This document shows, one piece after another, positions 50,508-62,616 of a DNA stretch of 64,000 nucleotides. Source of the stretch: Octopus vulgaris (taxonomy: Eukaryota); NCBI GenBank assembly GCA_951406725.2, contig OX597820.1:37448001-37512000 (forward strand), in the 5' to 3' direction. The position numbers and the translations under genes were made by a program. The notes under the pieces are model-generated. The model ran no database searches. It was not told where the DNA came from and saw only the letters and a list, made by a program, of their open reading frames with translations. How positions within the stretch are numbered: the first letter of the stretch is position 1; each line of letters begins with the position of its first letter.

Positions 50508-52659
50508 AAACAAATGAAGGACAGGTGTTATCTATTCGGCAATTTCTAACGACTCTTAAATTGATTAATGAGTACATTATATCAATTCCAAAGAAACCGT
50601 TTTCTCCAGATGGATACCTTTACATTGACGGATCTTCTAAATAATTTAACATAGTTGAAAACTTTTTTTAAAATCTCAGAGCGAACATTTCTGACATTCT
50701 GCTTAAGTACCTTATTCAACTGAATCTTACATATATTTTATATATATATCATCATATCATCATCATTTAGCGTCCGCTTTCCATGCTAGCATGGGTTGGA
50801 CGATTTGACTGAGGACTGGCGAACCAGATGACTGCACCAGGCTCCAATCTGATCTGGCAGAGTTTCTACTGCTGGATGCCCTTCCTAACACCAACCACTC
50901 CGAGAGTGTAGTGGGTGCTTTTACGTGCCACCGGCATGAGAGCCAGTCAGGCGGTACTGGCAATGGCCACGCTCAAATGGTGATTTTTACGTGCCACCTG
51001 CACAGGAGCCCATCCAGCGGCACTGGCAACGACCTCGCTGCCCTTCATATATGTTTATCGCTTAAGTTTTGGAAGTCTAATAGCCTGGTGTAGATCTCAG
51101 TATACATATGCTTCAGAATGAAGTGTTAGTCGAGTACAGAGCGATGACAAGAAAAAAAGATGACAAAGGAATAAATTATTATCTAATGGATTTAGCTAGT
51201 TTGCTAGCTAGATAGATAGATAGGTACAAGCATAGCTGTTTGGTTAAGAAATTTACTTCCCAATCATGTGGTCTTGGGTTCAGTCTCACTGTGTGTCACC
51301 TTGAGCAAAGCCTTGTAAGCTGATTTGGTAGATGGATACTGGAAGAAGCCTTTCAAATGTGTATGTATACAGATCAGATTGGAGCCTGGTGCAGCCATAT
51401 GGTTTGCCAGACCTCAGTCAAATCGTCCAACCCATGCTAACATGGAAAACAACGTTAAACGATGATGATGACATATATGCATATGTGTTACCTTGTCTTG
51501 ACATGTGATGATTGCAAATGAGCATCACCACCATACAAAAACTGTTCCTCATTTTTGGCTTTCCATGAAAAGCATGTCTGGCCATAGGGTAATATGACCT
51601 TGCTTGGAAATAGGCGAGTACTGGCATCAAGAAGGGCATCTGGATGTGGGAAAATCTGCCCCAACAAATTCTGCCTGACCCATGACATTAAATGATGATG
51701 CCACTTGCACATTAATTTCTTGAGCAAGCTGTTCCATTGATCAGATCGACTGGAACCCTTGTTGTTGTAACTGACGGACTGCCAGTAATGTATATACAAA
51801 CACACATATATTTTGTTGTGTTGTCAATATGGGCATGTCTCAGATGAGTAAAACATGGCTTTCATGTTGCAATCAACACAAATTCAAAGCTTTATAGAAA
51901 CTTTCAAGTTCCTTTTGAGTCAGCTAGTTTCTTAAGTCTCTCATATGTGACTGAAGCCTTGTTAATCCTCAAGTTGATCTTAGAATCTAGGGATTCATAC
52001 ATGGATACAAAGCTGCTAGGCATACAATCCACTGCATTAAGTTTGGTTCTACATGCAGCTCACCTGTAATAAGTGTATATACATACATGTGTGTGTAATA
52101 TATCACCTTAGTTCTTCTGCATCCATATTTCAAGTTCAAAAGCATTACAGGCATGACAAGAGACCTCTATCATTTTCTGATTACCATTATTAGTGTATAA
52201 CAAATAGCAAAAAGGATTATAAAGGTTTACTTTTTAGTTTTGAAATTATTCAGATTAAACAGTTTACCTGTTGTGCAAATAACAGATAGGTAACTTGATC
52301 ACTGTCCTGAAAGGCATAAGCATTTACACCTGTAAAGTGCATAGAGTAAAGGTGGAGTGGTTATATATCTCTTCTTAACCCCTTCACTGCCGAAATCAGA
52401 TATATCAACTTAAAATTTCATTTTCCTTAACTGCAGAAAGCAGTTTTATATACTAGTCTATCTTTTGTTGAGGAATGTTATGTTTGGAGCTATTTTTAGT
52501 TGACATATATCAGGTTTGTTGAAGAAATATGTCTTGCAGAAAGTACTAATTGTATTCTTTTGGTAGATATTTAACATCATTACTGGAATAACCATAGCAT
52601 TTAATTTTGCAGTTAAAGGGGTTAACTCCATTTTTGATTTCAACTGGGACTGGTTCCAC

Positions 52660-53200
52660 CAGAATACTGTTTGAGCTGATGGAAGCCTTTATTTGTAAGG
52701 CAGAGAAACCTATTGACAACTTATCCTTTTTCAGGATTCTCCACAGTGCATTTGTAGTCACTGTGTGAAAACCTTTCATTTGGTCAACAGATTCTTGAGA
52801 AAGGGAAAGTCTCTACTCTTGAAGTATACACTTCTCTTGCTACTGTCTTATACTAAAGATCATACCTGTGGTGCCTTTGCCTGATCTGAAACCACATTGA
52901 GACTCTGATGCAAATGATTCAATATTAGTCTGTTGAATATATAACCAACAGTATGAAAGTTACCATAGTTTGACTTGATGCCTTTCCTTCTTGTACAAAG
53001 AAATCAGTATTGCATCACTCCAATCTTTTGTAACTGGTGGTTACAAGATAAGCCATTGCATACCTATCATGGTTAATAACTTTAGCTGGTATGCTATCAA
53101 TTTTCTTTCTGAGTTTTGTTTAATAGCAGTGTTGATTTCCTCTATGTTAGGATTGTTATCCATTTCTTCAATAACATCTCCTACTGGAATGGGTTTTCTT
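52660..53200 (-). mobile_element. Old RTE-like LINE RT fragment
   Basis: PNIEEINTAIKQ, ESQCGFRSGKGTTGMIF, KGFHTV...LWRILKK; heavily decayed. Confidence 0.7.
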
Positions 53201-53582
53201 TAATTCTTTTACTTGTTTCAGTCATTTGACTGTGACCATGCTGGAGTACCATCTTAAGGGATTTTAGTCAAACAAATAGACCCCTTTGTAAGCCTAGCAC
53301 TTAGTCTATTGATCTCTTTGCTGAACTGCTAAGTTGTGGTGATGTAAACATACCCACATTAGTTGTCAAGTGATGGTGTGTGTGGGGGAACAGTTTCCGT
53401 GTATCAATTTCACTCACAAGGCTTTGGTTGGTCTGAGACTATAGTAGAAGACACTTGCCCAAGGTGTCATGCAGTGGGACTGAACCTGGAACCATGTGGT
53501 TGGGAAGCAAGCTTCTTACCACACAGCCACACCTGTGCCTAAAAGTTTCGTGAAATACCTTTTCCATTTCTTCAGAAGAATA

Positions 53583-54733
53583 TGTGTTTCTGATCAATAA
53601 GTATCTGGACTATTGCCATAGTAACGAAGCTAAAGCCACTCGGCACAGGTTGATCTTGAACTCTGCTATGCATGCGCTCTAAGGCTTAACATTCCATCTC
53701 GCTTCTACTGTTTACAGCAGCACTTGGTGTATAGCGTGCTATTATTGCATTGACCATGACACAGAATGTTGAGCTGAGAATCTGCATCAAATTTTGCCAA
53801 AAGCTTGGTGATACCTGCTCAGAGGCCTACTTAAAGTTTTCAAAAATTTTTTATTGTTCTTGATACAATCTAGGAGATCTTGTGCCACTGAAACCCAAAT
53901 GTCTTTTTGGACAGCTGAAAGCAGTTTTGGCACAAACTTGGCAGATATGCATCTCATACCCAAATCTTCTTTGATAATAGACGGAACTGAACAGTAACTA
54001 ATCTGCACATCCTCTGATAACTCACGGATGGTGATTTGACAATTTCCCCTCACAGCTGCATGCACATCTGCGATGTTTTTCTTAGTTCTGCCTGTTGTGG
54101 GTCTCCCAGAACTTTCATCAATAATGATATTTTTTCAACGTAAAGTATACTAGCCATCTCAATATGGCTAACCACTAAGGGTGGGTGTTACTGTAGCTTT
54201 TAGCCCCAGGAGATCATCGTCTCCAGCTGGCTTTAGGCACACTTTCTGTGCCCTTATGGTATTTGCAGTGTGCCTAAAGCCAGCTGGAGACGATGATTTC
54301 CTGGGGCTAAAAGCTACAGTAACACCCACCCTTAGCGGTTAGCCATATTGAGGTGGCTAGTATACTTTACATTGTCGAGCGGTTACTGTTTACATCTCGT
54401 TCAGAGATATTTTTTCAGCCATCTTGGAAACATCTCAACCACTCATACACTTGTGTGTGGCTCATGCGCTCCTCTCCATACACTTTCTGCAACTTTGCAT
54501 AGGCCTCTGAACAGGTATTACCATGACAATTTTCTCCATTATGGTCAGTGTGGACAATCACACCCTACACGTTCCCTCCAAGCACTTCTGTAAACTGCAT
54601 AAGTGAGCTAGAATGCTAAATCTTAGTGTGCACACACAACAGAGTTCAAGGTCAATCTTTGCCAAGCAGCTTCACTCTGTGCTTTAGCTTTGTTACTATG
54701 GCAACAGTCCGGATACTTATTGATCAGACCTCA
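53583..54733. mobile_element. Rearranged non-autonomous mariner made of two inverted 5' ends
   Basis: Long inverted ends (TCTGATCAATAAGTATC.GGACT.TTGCCATAGTAAC.AAGCTAAAGC). Plus arm encodes MTQNVELRICIKFCQKLG; minus arm encodes TIRELSEDVQIS...ISAKFVPKLL. Confidence 0.8.
54138..54405. mobile_element. Fold-back insertion with a 12-bp direct repeat, nested in the mariner derivative
   Basis: Near-perfect inverted arms of about 105 bp (54140-54243 / 54268-54371), flanked by gatattttttca at 54126-54137 and 54406-54417. Confidence 0.8.
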
Positions 54734-54774
54734 ATAGTAATACTATCAATATTACTGATTATAGTATAGTACAG

Positions 54775-55040
54775 TAGGCATCTGTCAGTCTTGAGAGACC
54801 ATGGTTCTGTGCCCAAATAAATCTTCTCAGCTGCTGATGGTAGTGCAGTATCTGTTGTGACTGTGCAGCTCCACATGAGAGTGACAGTCATGCATACAGC
54901 AACTGCATTTGATGGCGCTCTCTTCCAGCACTACTTGTTTTCCCTTTTGTTGTGTGTGCTTTTCTTTAGAGGCAAGTTCCTGGTTTCCATCTGCTTCTTT
55001 CATTCCTTTTTGCAGTATTTCTCTCCAGTGTGACTAGAGG
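54775..55040 (-). mobile_element. 3' end fragment of an RTE-like LINE
   Basis: C-terminal Cys/His-containing remnant and RTE-style 3' terminus ccatggtctctcaagactgacagatgcc. Confidence 0.55.
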
Positions 55041-55410
55041 CAAATATTACTGATTATATGTAATTATAACTACTAATTCTAATTGGTACTCTGTCAGTTA
55101 TTTTGATAAGGGTTCTAGTTGATTTGATCAACAGGACAACCTGCTCGTGAAATTAACATGCAAACAGCTGAGCACTCCACAGACACATGTACCCCTAATA
55201 TGGTTCTCGGGTAGATTCAGCATAACACAGAATGTGATAAGGCTGGCCCTTTGAAATGCAGGTTCTACACAATATGAAATAAAGTGTATAACTCAAGTAC
55301 ACAATACACTGCTGGGAATTGGACTCACAACCTTAAGATTGTAAACTGAATACCCTAACCAGTAAGCCACTCACCTTTACTACATATGTGTGTGTATATA
55401 TGTGTATGTA

Positions 55411-55441
<31 letters not shown>

Positions 55442-56285
55442 ATGTATGTATGTATGTATGTATGTATGTATGTATGTATCTATCTAGCTATCTCTCTCTC
55501 TCTCTATATATATATATGTGTGGAGGCGCAATGGACCAGTGGTTAGGGCAGCGCACTTGTGGCCATAGGACCACGGTTTTGATTCCCAGACCAGGTGTTG
55601 TGAGTGTTTATTGAGTGAAAACACCTAAAGCTCCACGATGCTCCGGCAGGGGGTGGTGGAGACCCCTGCTGTACTTTCTCGCTACAACTTTCTCTCACTC
55701 TTTCTTCTGTTAGCCTGCTCGCTTAGCCAGCGGGGTGGTGTCATTTGAAGGCTAAAACAATGTGAAGCGCATTGTGACCAGTGATGTGTAGCAACATCTG
55801 ATAGCCTGGTTGGTCACGGTGATTACAGTGATATATATATATATATACACATACACACACAACTTGTTTTTCATTTATGTGCTTACTCTGATATATATAT
55901 GTGTGTGTGTGTGTGTACACATGAACTTGCACACATACATACATATATACATACATGTGGCAAACTCAATAGTGTCAGTAGCATGAAAATGCAGCCAGTC
56001 AGCCAGTACACACTGCAAAGTGGCTGGTGTTAAGAAGGGCATCCATCTGTAGAAACCTTGCCAAAGCTGACATTGGAGCTTGACACAGCCCTGTGGCTCA
56101 CCAGATCCTATCAAGCTACCATGGAAAATGGACATTAAATGATGATGGGGATGATATATATTTCTTGAGTTTGCTAAAACTTGCAAAAGCAAGTTCTAGA
56201 ATCATCAGAGATTTGGATGCAACCATGAAAAACATCTTAAACTTTAACGATTCTAGGGGCAATTTTGTTTCTTTCCTTATCAGCC

Positions 56286-56316
<31 letters not shown>

Positions 56317-57902
56317 TTCTCCACATATACACATATGTACCATCATCATTTTCATGCTCACTTTTCCATGCTTACATGTGTTGAATGCATTCTTTCCAAT
56401 ACACTGTCTTGCCATTTGCGCCTACTTTGTCAGGTTCAGTGCTCTGAGATCAATTTTCACCACTTCTCATTTTTTTCTTGGTCTTCCTTTCCACAGTGGC
56501 CTTACAATTGGATCTCCTGCTATTTCTTTCTTCACCCATCTGTTATCATTCATATGCATCACACATATATGTACATATGTATGTGTGTGTGTGTTTGTTT
56601 CTATATGGGTAAGTGTTTATGTGTATATATGTTTATATATATATATATTCACACACAACACATATACACTCATGCATATATGTATATACACATACATACA
56701 TGGCATCCACCCACTGACATATACACATATGTAATATAATGTAGTATATATGTATATGCAGGGTCATCTATTATGAAATCATTATACAGTTTTTAATTTT
56801 TGTTTTTATAACTTGGTCCTTGGACAAGGCACAAATATGAGCTGTGCACTTAAGAAGTTTGTTTTCCAACCTCATGTTTTGAGTTCAGTCCCACTGTGTG
56901 GGACCTTGGGCAAGTGTCCTCTAGTAATAGCCACAGGCTGGCCAAAGCATTGTGTGTAAATTTGGTTAACAAAGACTGATGTGTGTATGTCCCCTTATCT
57001 TGATATGGTGTGATAGTTGTAAATGTGTGTCATTGTCATACAAGCTGTGTTTTTCATTTTCAGTATTCTGAGAGGACATGTCTGGCTATGGGAGAGATAT
57101 TACCTTGCTTGGAAACAGGTGAGGGTTGGCACCAGGAAGTGCATCTGGCTGTAGAAAATCTCCATCAGTATATTTCATATGATCCATGCAACCATAGAAA
57201 AGTGAATGTTGAAACTATGGTGATGTGATAGTATTAAAGGTGCAGGCATAGTTTTGTGGTAAGAAGCTTGCTTCCCAATCACATGGTTCCAGGTTCAGTC
57301 CCACTCCATGACGCTTTGGGCAAGTGTCTTTTACTACAGTCTCTGGCTGACCAAGTGAGTGGATTTGTGAGTGGATTTGGCAGACAGAAACTGAAAGAAG
57401 CCTGCTATATATGTGCGTGTATGTGTGTGTGTGTCTTTGTCTTCCACCACTGCTTGACAACAGGTGTTGGTGTGTTTATATCCTTGTAACATAGCGGTTT
57501 GGCAAAAGAGATCGATACAATAAGTACCAGGCTTAAGAAAAAATAAAAAAAGTACTGGGATCTATACATTCAACTAAAAGTTCTTCAAAGCGGTGCCCCA
57601 GCATGGCTCCAGTCAAATGAATGAAACAAGTAAAAGTTAAAAGATAATGTTCAGAGGAATTTTGCAACCTTATTGTCCTCAGTCGAAGTGTATTATAATT
57701 ACTTATTAATCATTAAAAAAATTCACCCTAATTCAATTTGCAATTTATGACCAGCCACCTTAAGGATTGAGACACAGTAGGCAGCTGCCTGGGGCTCCAC
57801 TCGTCTGGGGGAATCACACTGCTAATTTATATATTGTGGTTGTGTTTATAGTGGCTCTAGTGCACTCTTTCATGCTGTTAAGATAGCCCAACTAGGATAA
57901 CT

Positions 57903-58331
57903 GGATCTTTTCGGTTTGACCGGCAGATTTTTTCTTGCGGTGTCATATGAAATTGTCACCCATAATTATGACCCTAGTATCGATCTATTGCATTTCAATC
58001 TGTTTTAGGGTTAGGGTTAGTTAGGGTTAGGGGTGGGGGAAGGGTATCTTTTTTTCTTCAGAAATGTAAATAAACCCAATCTGTTTCTTAAATGAGAGAC
58101 ATATTCATACAGCACAGAATGTTTTCACCTCACTAGACGTCATTGATTTGTTGAAAGTGCAGAAATCGAAGAAAAAAAAAACAACAAATTTCTTACAAAC
58201 TATAGAATTTTCTCAATAAAGCCAAGAGAAAAAGATGTTTTATAAACACATTCTACCAGTATACGAAGTTTAAAAGTGTTTAGTTACGTGGAAATTATTT
58301 TAAAAAACTGCCGGTCAAACCGAAAAGATCC
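57903..58331 (-). mobile_element. MITE family M1 copy 3 (opposite orientation)
   Basis: Same TIRs; perfect 8-bp TSD ggataact; internal TTAGGGTTAGGGTTAGTTAGGGTTAGGGGTGGGGGAAGGG. Confidence 0.92.
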
Positions 58332-59039
58332 GGATAACTAATGTATTTTAGGATACAACTGCAAATTAGTTGCAAAATGTATTTCCAGAACTTTAAAATC
58401 ACAACACAATTTGCTTATGCTACAGTGGCAACAGTATACTCACAGTTTATGATTTCAATAATAAATCTCTATCTAATATTGTAATAAATTTTTTCACTTC
58501 TCCTTTTCGCAGATTTACCAGATATAGAACTAAAGGGATATTTTCCAGTTTAAGCTCCGAAGCAGGAGATTTTTTAAAATGGAAAATAAATTGATTGATT
58601 CCTTTGTGCTTGCAAAAATATGAATTATTTGAAAAGTTATGAGGAAACAAAGATTTGGGGGGTTGAAGATTAAATTTTGGATCACATTGAGGAAATTTAG
58701 TTTTGTTTTAAAATCATTTTGCTTCAAGTGGGGGTTCGTTTGGTATTTCCTAAGTTGAATGTGTCAAGCATTGTCTGTTTTTCTAAATACCAGGACTTTT
58801 AAAAAATGTTCCAACCGTACAGTTCTAACTCTACAGTTTAGTGCCTTCCCCTCTTCTTTGGAATTTCTTTCCTCATAACATACATAAAAAAAAAAAAATG
58901 TCATATTCTTTTTTTCTTGCATGCACTAAGTAATTAACCAAATTATTTTGGCATTTTGAAGTTTTATCTAAACTGCAGGCCATCTAACAAAAGTTACTCA
59001 AATTTAAAATTGCACAAAACTTTTTTTTTAATGAACCTG

Positions 59040-59291
59040 TATATGCACACGTGTGCACACACACACACACACATAAACACGCATTTGTGCATGTATGAGT
59101 GTAAATGTATGTATATATGTGTGTGTCTATATATATATATATGTGAGTGTATGTATGTATGTGTATATGTATGTATGTGTGTATATGTGTATGTAAATAT
59201 ATACATGTGTGTGTGTGTGTATATATATGTATGTGTATATATATATGTGTATATATATATGTATATATATGTGTGTATATATATATATATA
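59040..59291. repeat. Compound CA/TG/TA microsatellite (similar tracts at 28505-28840 and 56560-56760)
   Basis: Directly visible; source of spurious ORFs. Confidence 0.9.
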
Positions 59292-59402
59292 CCTCCTCCA
59301 CTCTTATTTCTTTTCTTCCAAGAACGTTATTCGTGATCAAAGGGCTGACAGAAACGAGTGGAAAAATGAAGCCCAAAAGTCTTGAAACAAAACAAAACAA
59401 AC

Positions 59403-59511
59403 ATGCATTCACGCATATTGTCCACTATTAATTCGTATTTTCGAATGTGTATTGATCCATGTCTGCACGGTGGGATTCATCCAGATGACTATAACAATTA
59501 CAGTTTTCAAG
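59403..59511 (+). CDS. Candidate coding exon of an unidentified plus-strand gene
   Basis: Pyrimidine tract + AG at 59321-59322, ATG at 59403, MHSRILSTINSYFRMCIDPCLHGGIHPDDYNNYSFQ, strong donor AAG|GTAAGA at 59511/59512. Unique CpG-retaining context; no homologue recognised. Confidence 0.4.
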
Positions 59512-61025
59512 GTAAGACATCAGATGAAACCGCAGAAGGAGAGAGAGAGAGAGGGTGTACGTGTTTATTGTTTGACCCCCTGGTCAACCGCGAGTGAGCT
59601 TGCCCATAATTAAAGGTACTTTAACCTGAACATCCCGTATTTTTCAGGTATGGTGTACCTAACATTGCATTATAACAATACATCCTTTGAATTAAGGGAG
59701 ATTCGGTGACTGGCGCGAATGTTAGATGCGATGTTTTTTTTATGTTGTTATTTGAACAGTGTGTGTGGAACCGTGTGTATATATATGTGTGTAAAAGAAC
59801 AACAAAAAAGCATGGTTCAGAATCTAGATGGAGTGTGTATAATGTAGTAACTGCGTGTTGACAAAAAGAAGATTAGTGTAGTGTACTACGTGTGGTTGTT
59901 CATTTATTATTATTCTGCTTATGTGACAGAAACGAAAATTGTATGTTATGTGGAACATCACGTGTAGTTAACAGTCATGTGTGCGTAGATATGTATAGGA
60001 ATTTAACGCGATTATTGTGCGTGTATTGTGTGTCTTTGTGTAGCCTGGAGGTAATGACAGAGCAGACATAGATGTATGTTGTATGTGAGAATCAAAACAG
60101 AGTGAAAGCTACATAAACAAGAATAAAAGCGAGGCTGATTTATAACGTGCTAGCCAATTTCACATTGTCAAATTTTAGATGGTATCAGTTTCGTAATTGC
60201 AGAAAAGAAGCGAATGAACGGTGTATTTGAAGAAGTTTTCAATTGTTACTTAAAGGAGTTATGAGTGGGGATAGTGCAGTAACACAATCATGCACGTGGT
60301 GGTACGATGAGCATTTGGCAATACTTAAAGTGCTATTATTGAACAATATGTTCTGTGATTATTTATTTATTTCATAGATTTGCTGTTCCGTTTATATATA
60401 ATTACTTCAATTTTGCTGATAATTATTATGGTCAAAGGTTGGTAAAGTAACTATCTTTTATTTGTTTAAAGCTATTATTGATATAACACTGTTTTTTTTT
60501 TTGCTTACACAGCAACAATTTATGTTTGGCGGTCTACAGTTTTGAAATATATACTTTGTGGAATGTCTTTAAATACCAAGAATTTCTGAATACCCTTTTA
60601 AGCAAGCCATTGTCATTTTTGAAATAATCCTTTCTGGTATAGGTACAAGGCCTGAAAATTTTTTTGGGAAAAGGGGACGAGAGGAAGGGACTAGTTGATT
60701 ACATCGACTCCAGTGCTTGACTGGTACTTGATTTATGAACTCTGAAAGAATGAAAGGCAAAGTCGACCTCAGTGGAATTTGAACTCAGAATGTAAAACCA
60801 AAAGAATTTTCTCCAGCATACTAACAATTCTATTAATTTGTACTTAGACAAAACTTTTCATTTTTAGAATGTTATAGCAGTTTCTCTTGCTTAACAACCC
60901 ACATGGTTCTGGGTTCAGTTCCACTGCGTGGCACCTTGGGCAAGTGTCTTCTGCTGTAGGCTCGGGCCGACCAAAGCCTTGTGAGTGGATTTGGTAGACG
61001 GAAACTGAAAGAAGCCCGCATGTCG

Positions 61026-61074
<49 letters not shown>

Positions 61075-61469
61075 TCCCCCCCCAACATAGCTTGACAACC
61101 GATGGTGGTGTGTTTATGTCCCCGTAATATAGCGGTTTGGCAAAAGAGACTGATAGAATAAGTCCTGGGGTCGATGTGCTCAACTAAAGGCAGTGCTCCA
61201 GTATGGCCACAGTCAAATGGCTGAAACAAGTAAAAGAAAAAAGAATATATATATATATATATATGTAGTGGTAGAGTTTTATTTTTGTAACAGTTGAAAT
61301 TAGATTTGTGTAAACAATAATATGAAATGTTGGAGTCGTAATCAATTTGTAAAGATTGCTTCTTCGTTGATTGCCATTATGTAAAGATGAAAGAACAGTG
61401 ATTGAAGTTGTGAAGAAGATATTTATTTATGTTACATTGTATATACCTTGCCTCGATGGGCAGGTATGA

Positions 61470-62616
61470 TTTGAGGTATGGATTTGTACTAAGTTTGAAT
61501 TGTTTCTAAAGGAATTTTTATCCATTCTTCAGCTAAAATGTCTCCAGTTCTTGTAGTGATGATGGTGGAGGATATTGACTCCTTACTTGTTTTTATAAAA
61601 TGCACCATAAAAGTTCAATAATATTCAGATTTGGGGGCTGGTGGCCAGATAAGATGTTCAACTTCATTAGAATGTTCCTTGTGCCATTCAGTAACAACTT
61701 TAGCTGTGTGAATTGGTGCATTATCATCCTGAAAGATTGCATTTCCCTCTAGAAACAGTTCTGCAACCATAGGGTGAATTTGATCAGATAAACTGCTTAA
61801 TCTTGACTATTAATTCTGTCATGAAGGGAAACCATTGGGCTGGTGGATTTCCAAGATATAGTCCCTCACCCAGATCATCACAGATCCTCCTCCATGTTTA
61901 ACAGTTGGAAGAAGGCAGTCTGGGTCAAATGCTTCTTTTGGCTGTCTCCACACGTATACTCAGCCAGTAGTCAGAATAAGGTAAAAGATAACTTGTCCGA
62001 GAAAATAATATTCTTCCACTGCTCTAGGTACCAATTCTGTGGGTTTTTAGTTCACTCTAAACACTTTGCAATGTTTGTTTTTGAAAGTAGTGGTTTTCTG
62101 ATTGCAGCCCTCCCATGAAATCTGGCTTTGTGCAGCTCCTGGTGAACAGTTTTTGTGGAAACTGAGTTCTCGAGGTGGACTTTAAGCTCTGCTGTAATTT
62201 TGTGATCCTTTCTAACAATTCACATAAGAGTCCGACAGTCCCTATCTGAAAGTTTTGGTTTTCTTCTGGAGTTTTGTTTTGATGAGGAGGTTTTTCCCTC
62301 TTTCTCAAGGGCTGTCATTACTTTCAAGACAGTATTTCTTAATACACCAAACATTTCGGCTGTTTTCATTATGCTAGCGCTTGTCATACGAGCACCAACA
62401 ATTTGACTTCTTTGAAAGTCCGATAGATCTGTCATTTTAATGAATTTTAACTACCTTTTTCTGATGATATCTGAAAAGAAACAGCAATTTTAGCAAAACA
62501 TATTAAGTAACACTAATAATAAATCAAAAAACATAAAAATAAACAAACTTTTGGTGGTTTTATAGATATTTCAAAATTATGATGCTAGGTGTTTCCATTA
62601 TTTTGTCCAACCACTG
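61470..62616 (-). mobile_element. Decayed Tc1 transposon, 3' truncated
   Basis: TA|CAGTGGTTGGACAAAATAATGGAAACACC TIR at 62616; MTDLSDFQRSQIVGA, IIFSDK, FQDDNAPIH and WPPAPNLNIIELLW motifs with frameshifts. Confidence 0.88.

Noticed and set aside
56093-56739. Long ORFs rich in YI/CV/HT/SL dipeptides (here and at 14328-14650, 28432-28978, 49474-50303, 58956-59431)
   Set aside because: Translations of microsatellites and SINEs; no protein signal.
58005-58032. Chromosome end or telomere-fusion scar
   Set aside because: The TTAGGG units are internal to a TSD-flanked MITE present in several copies.
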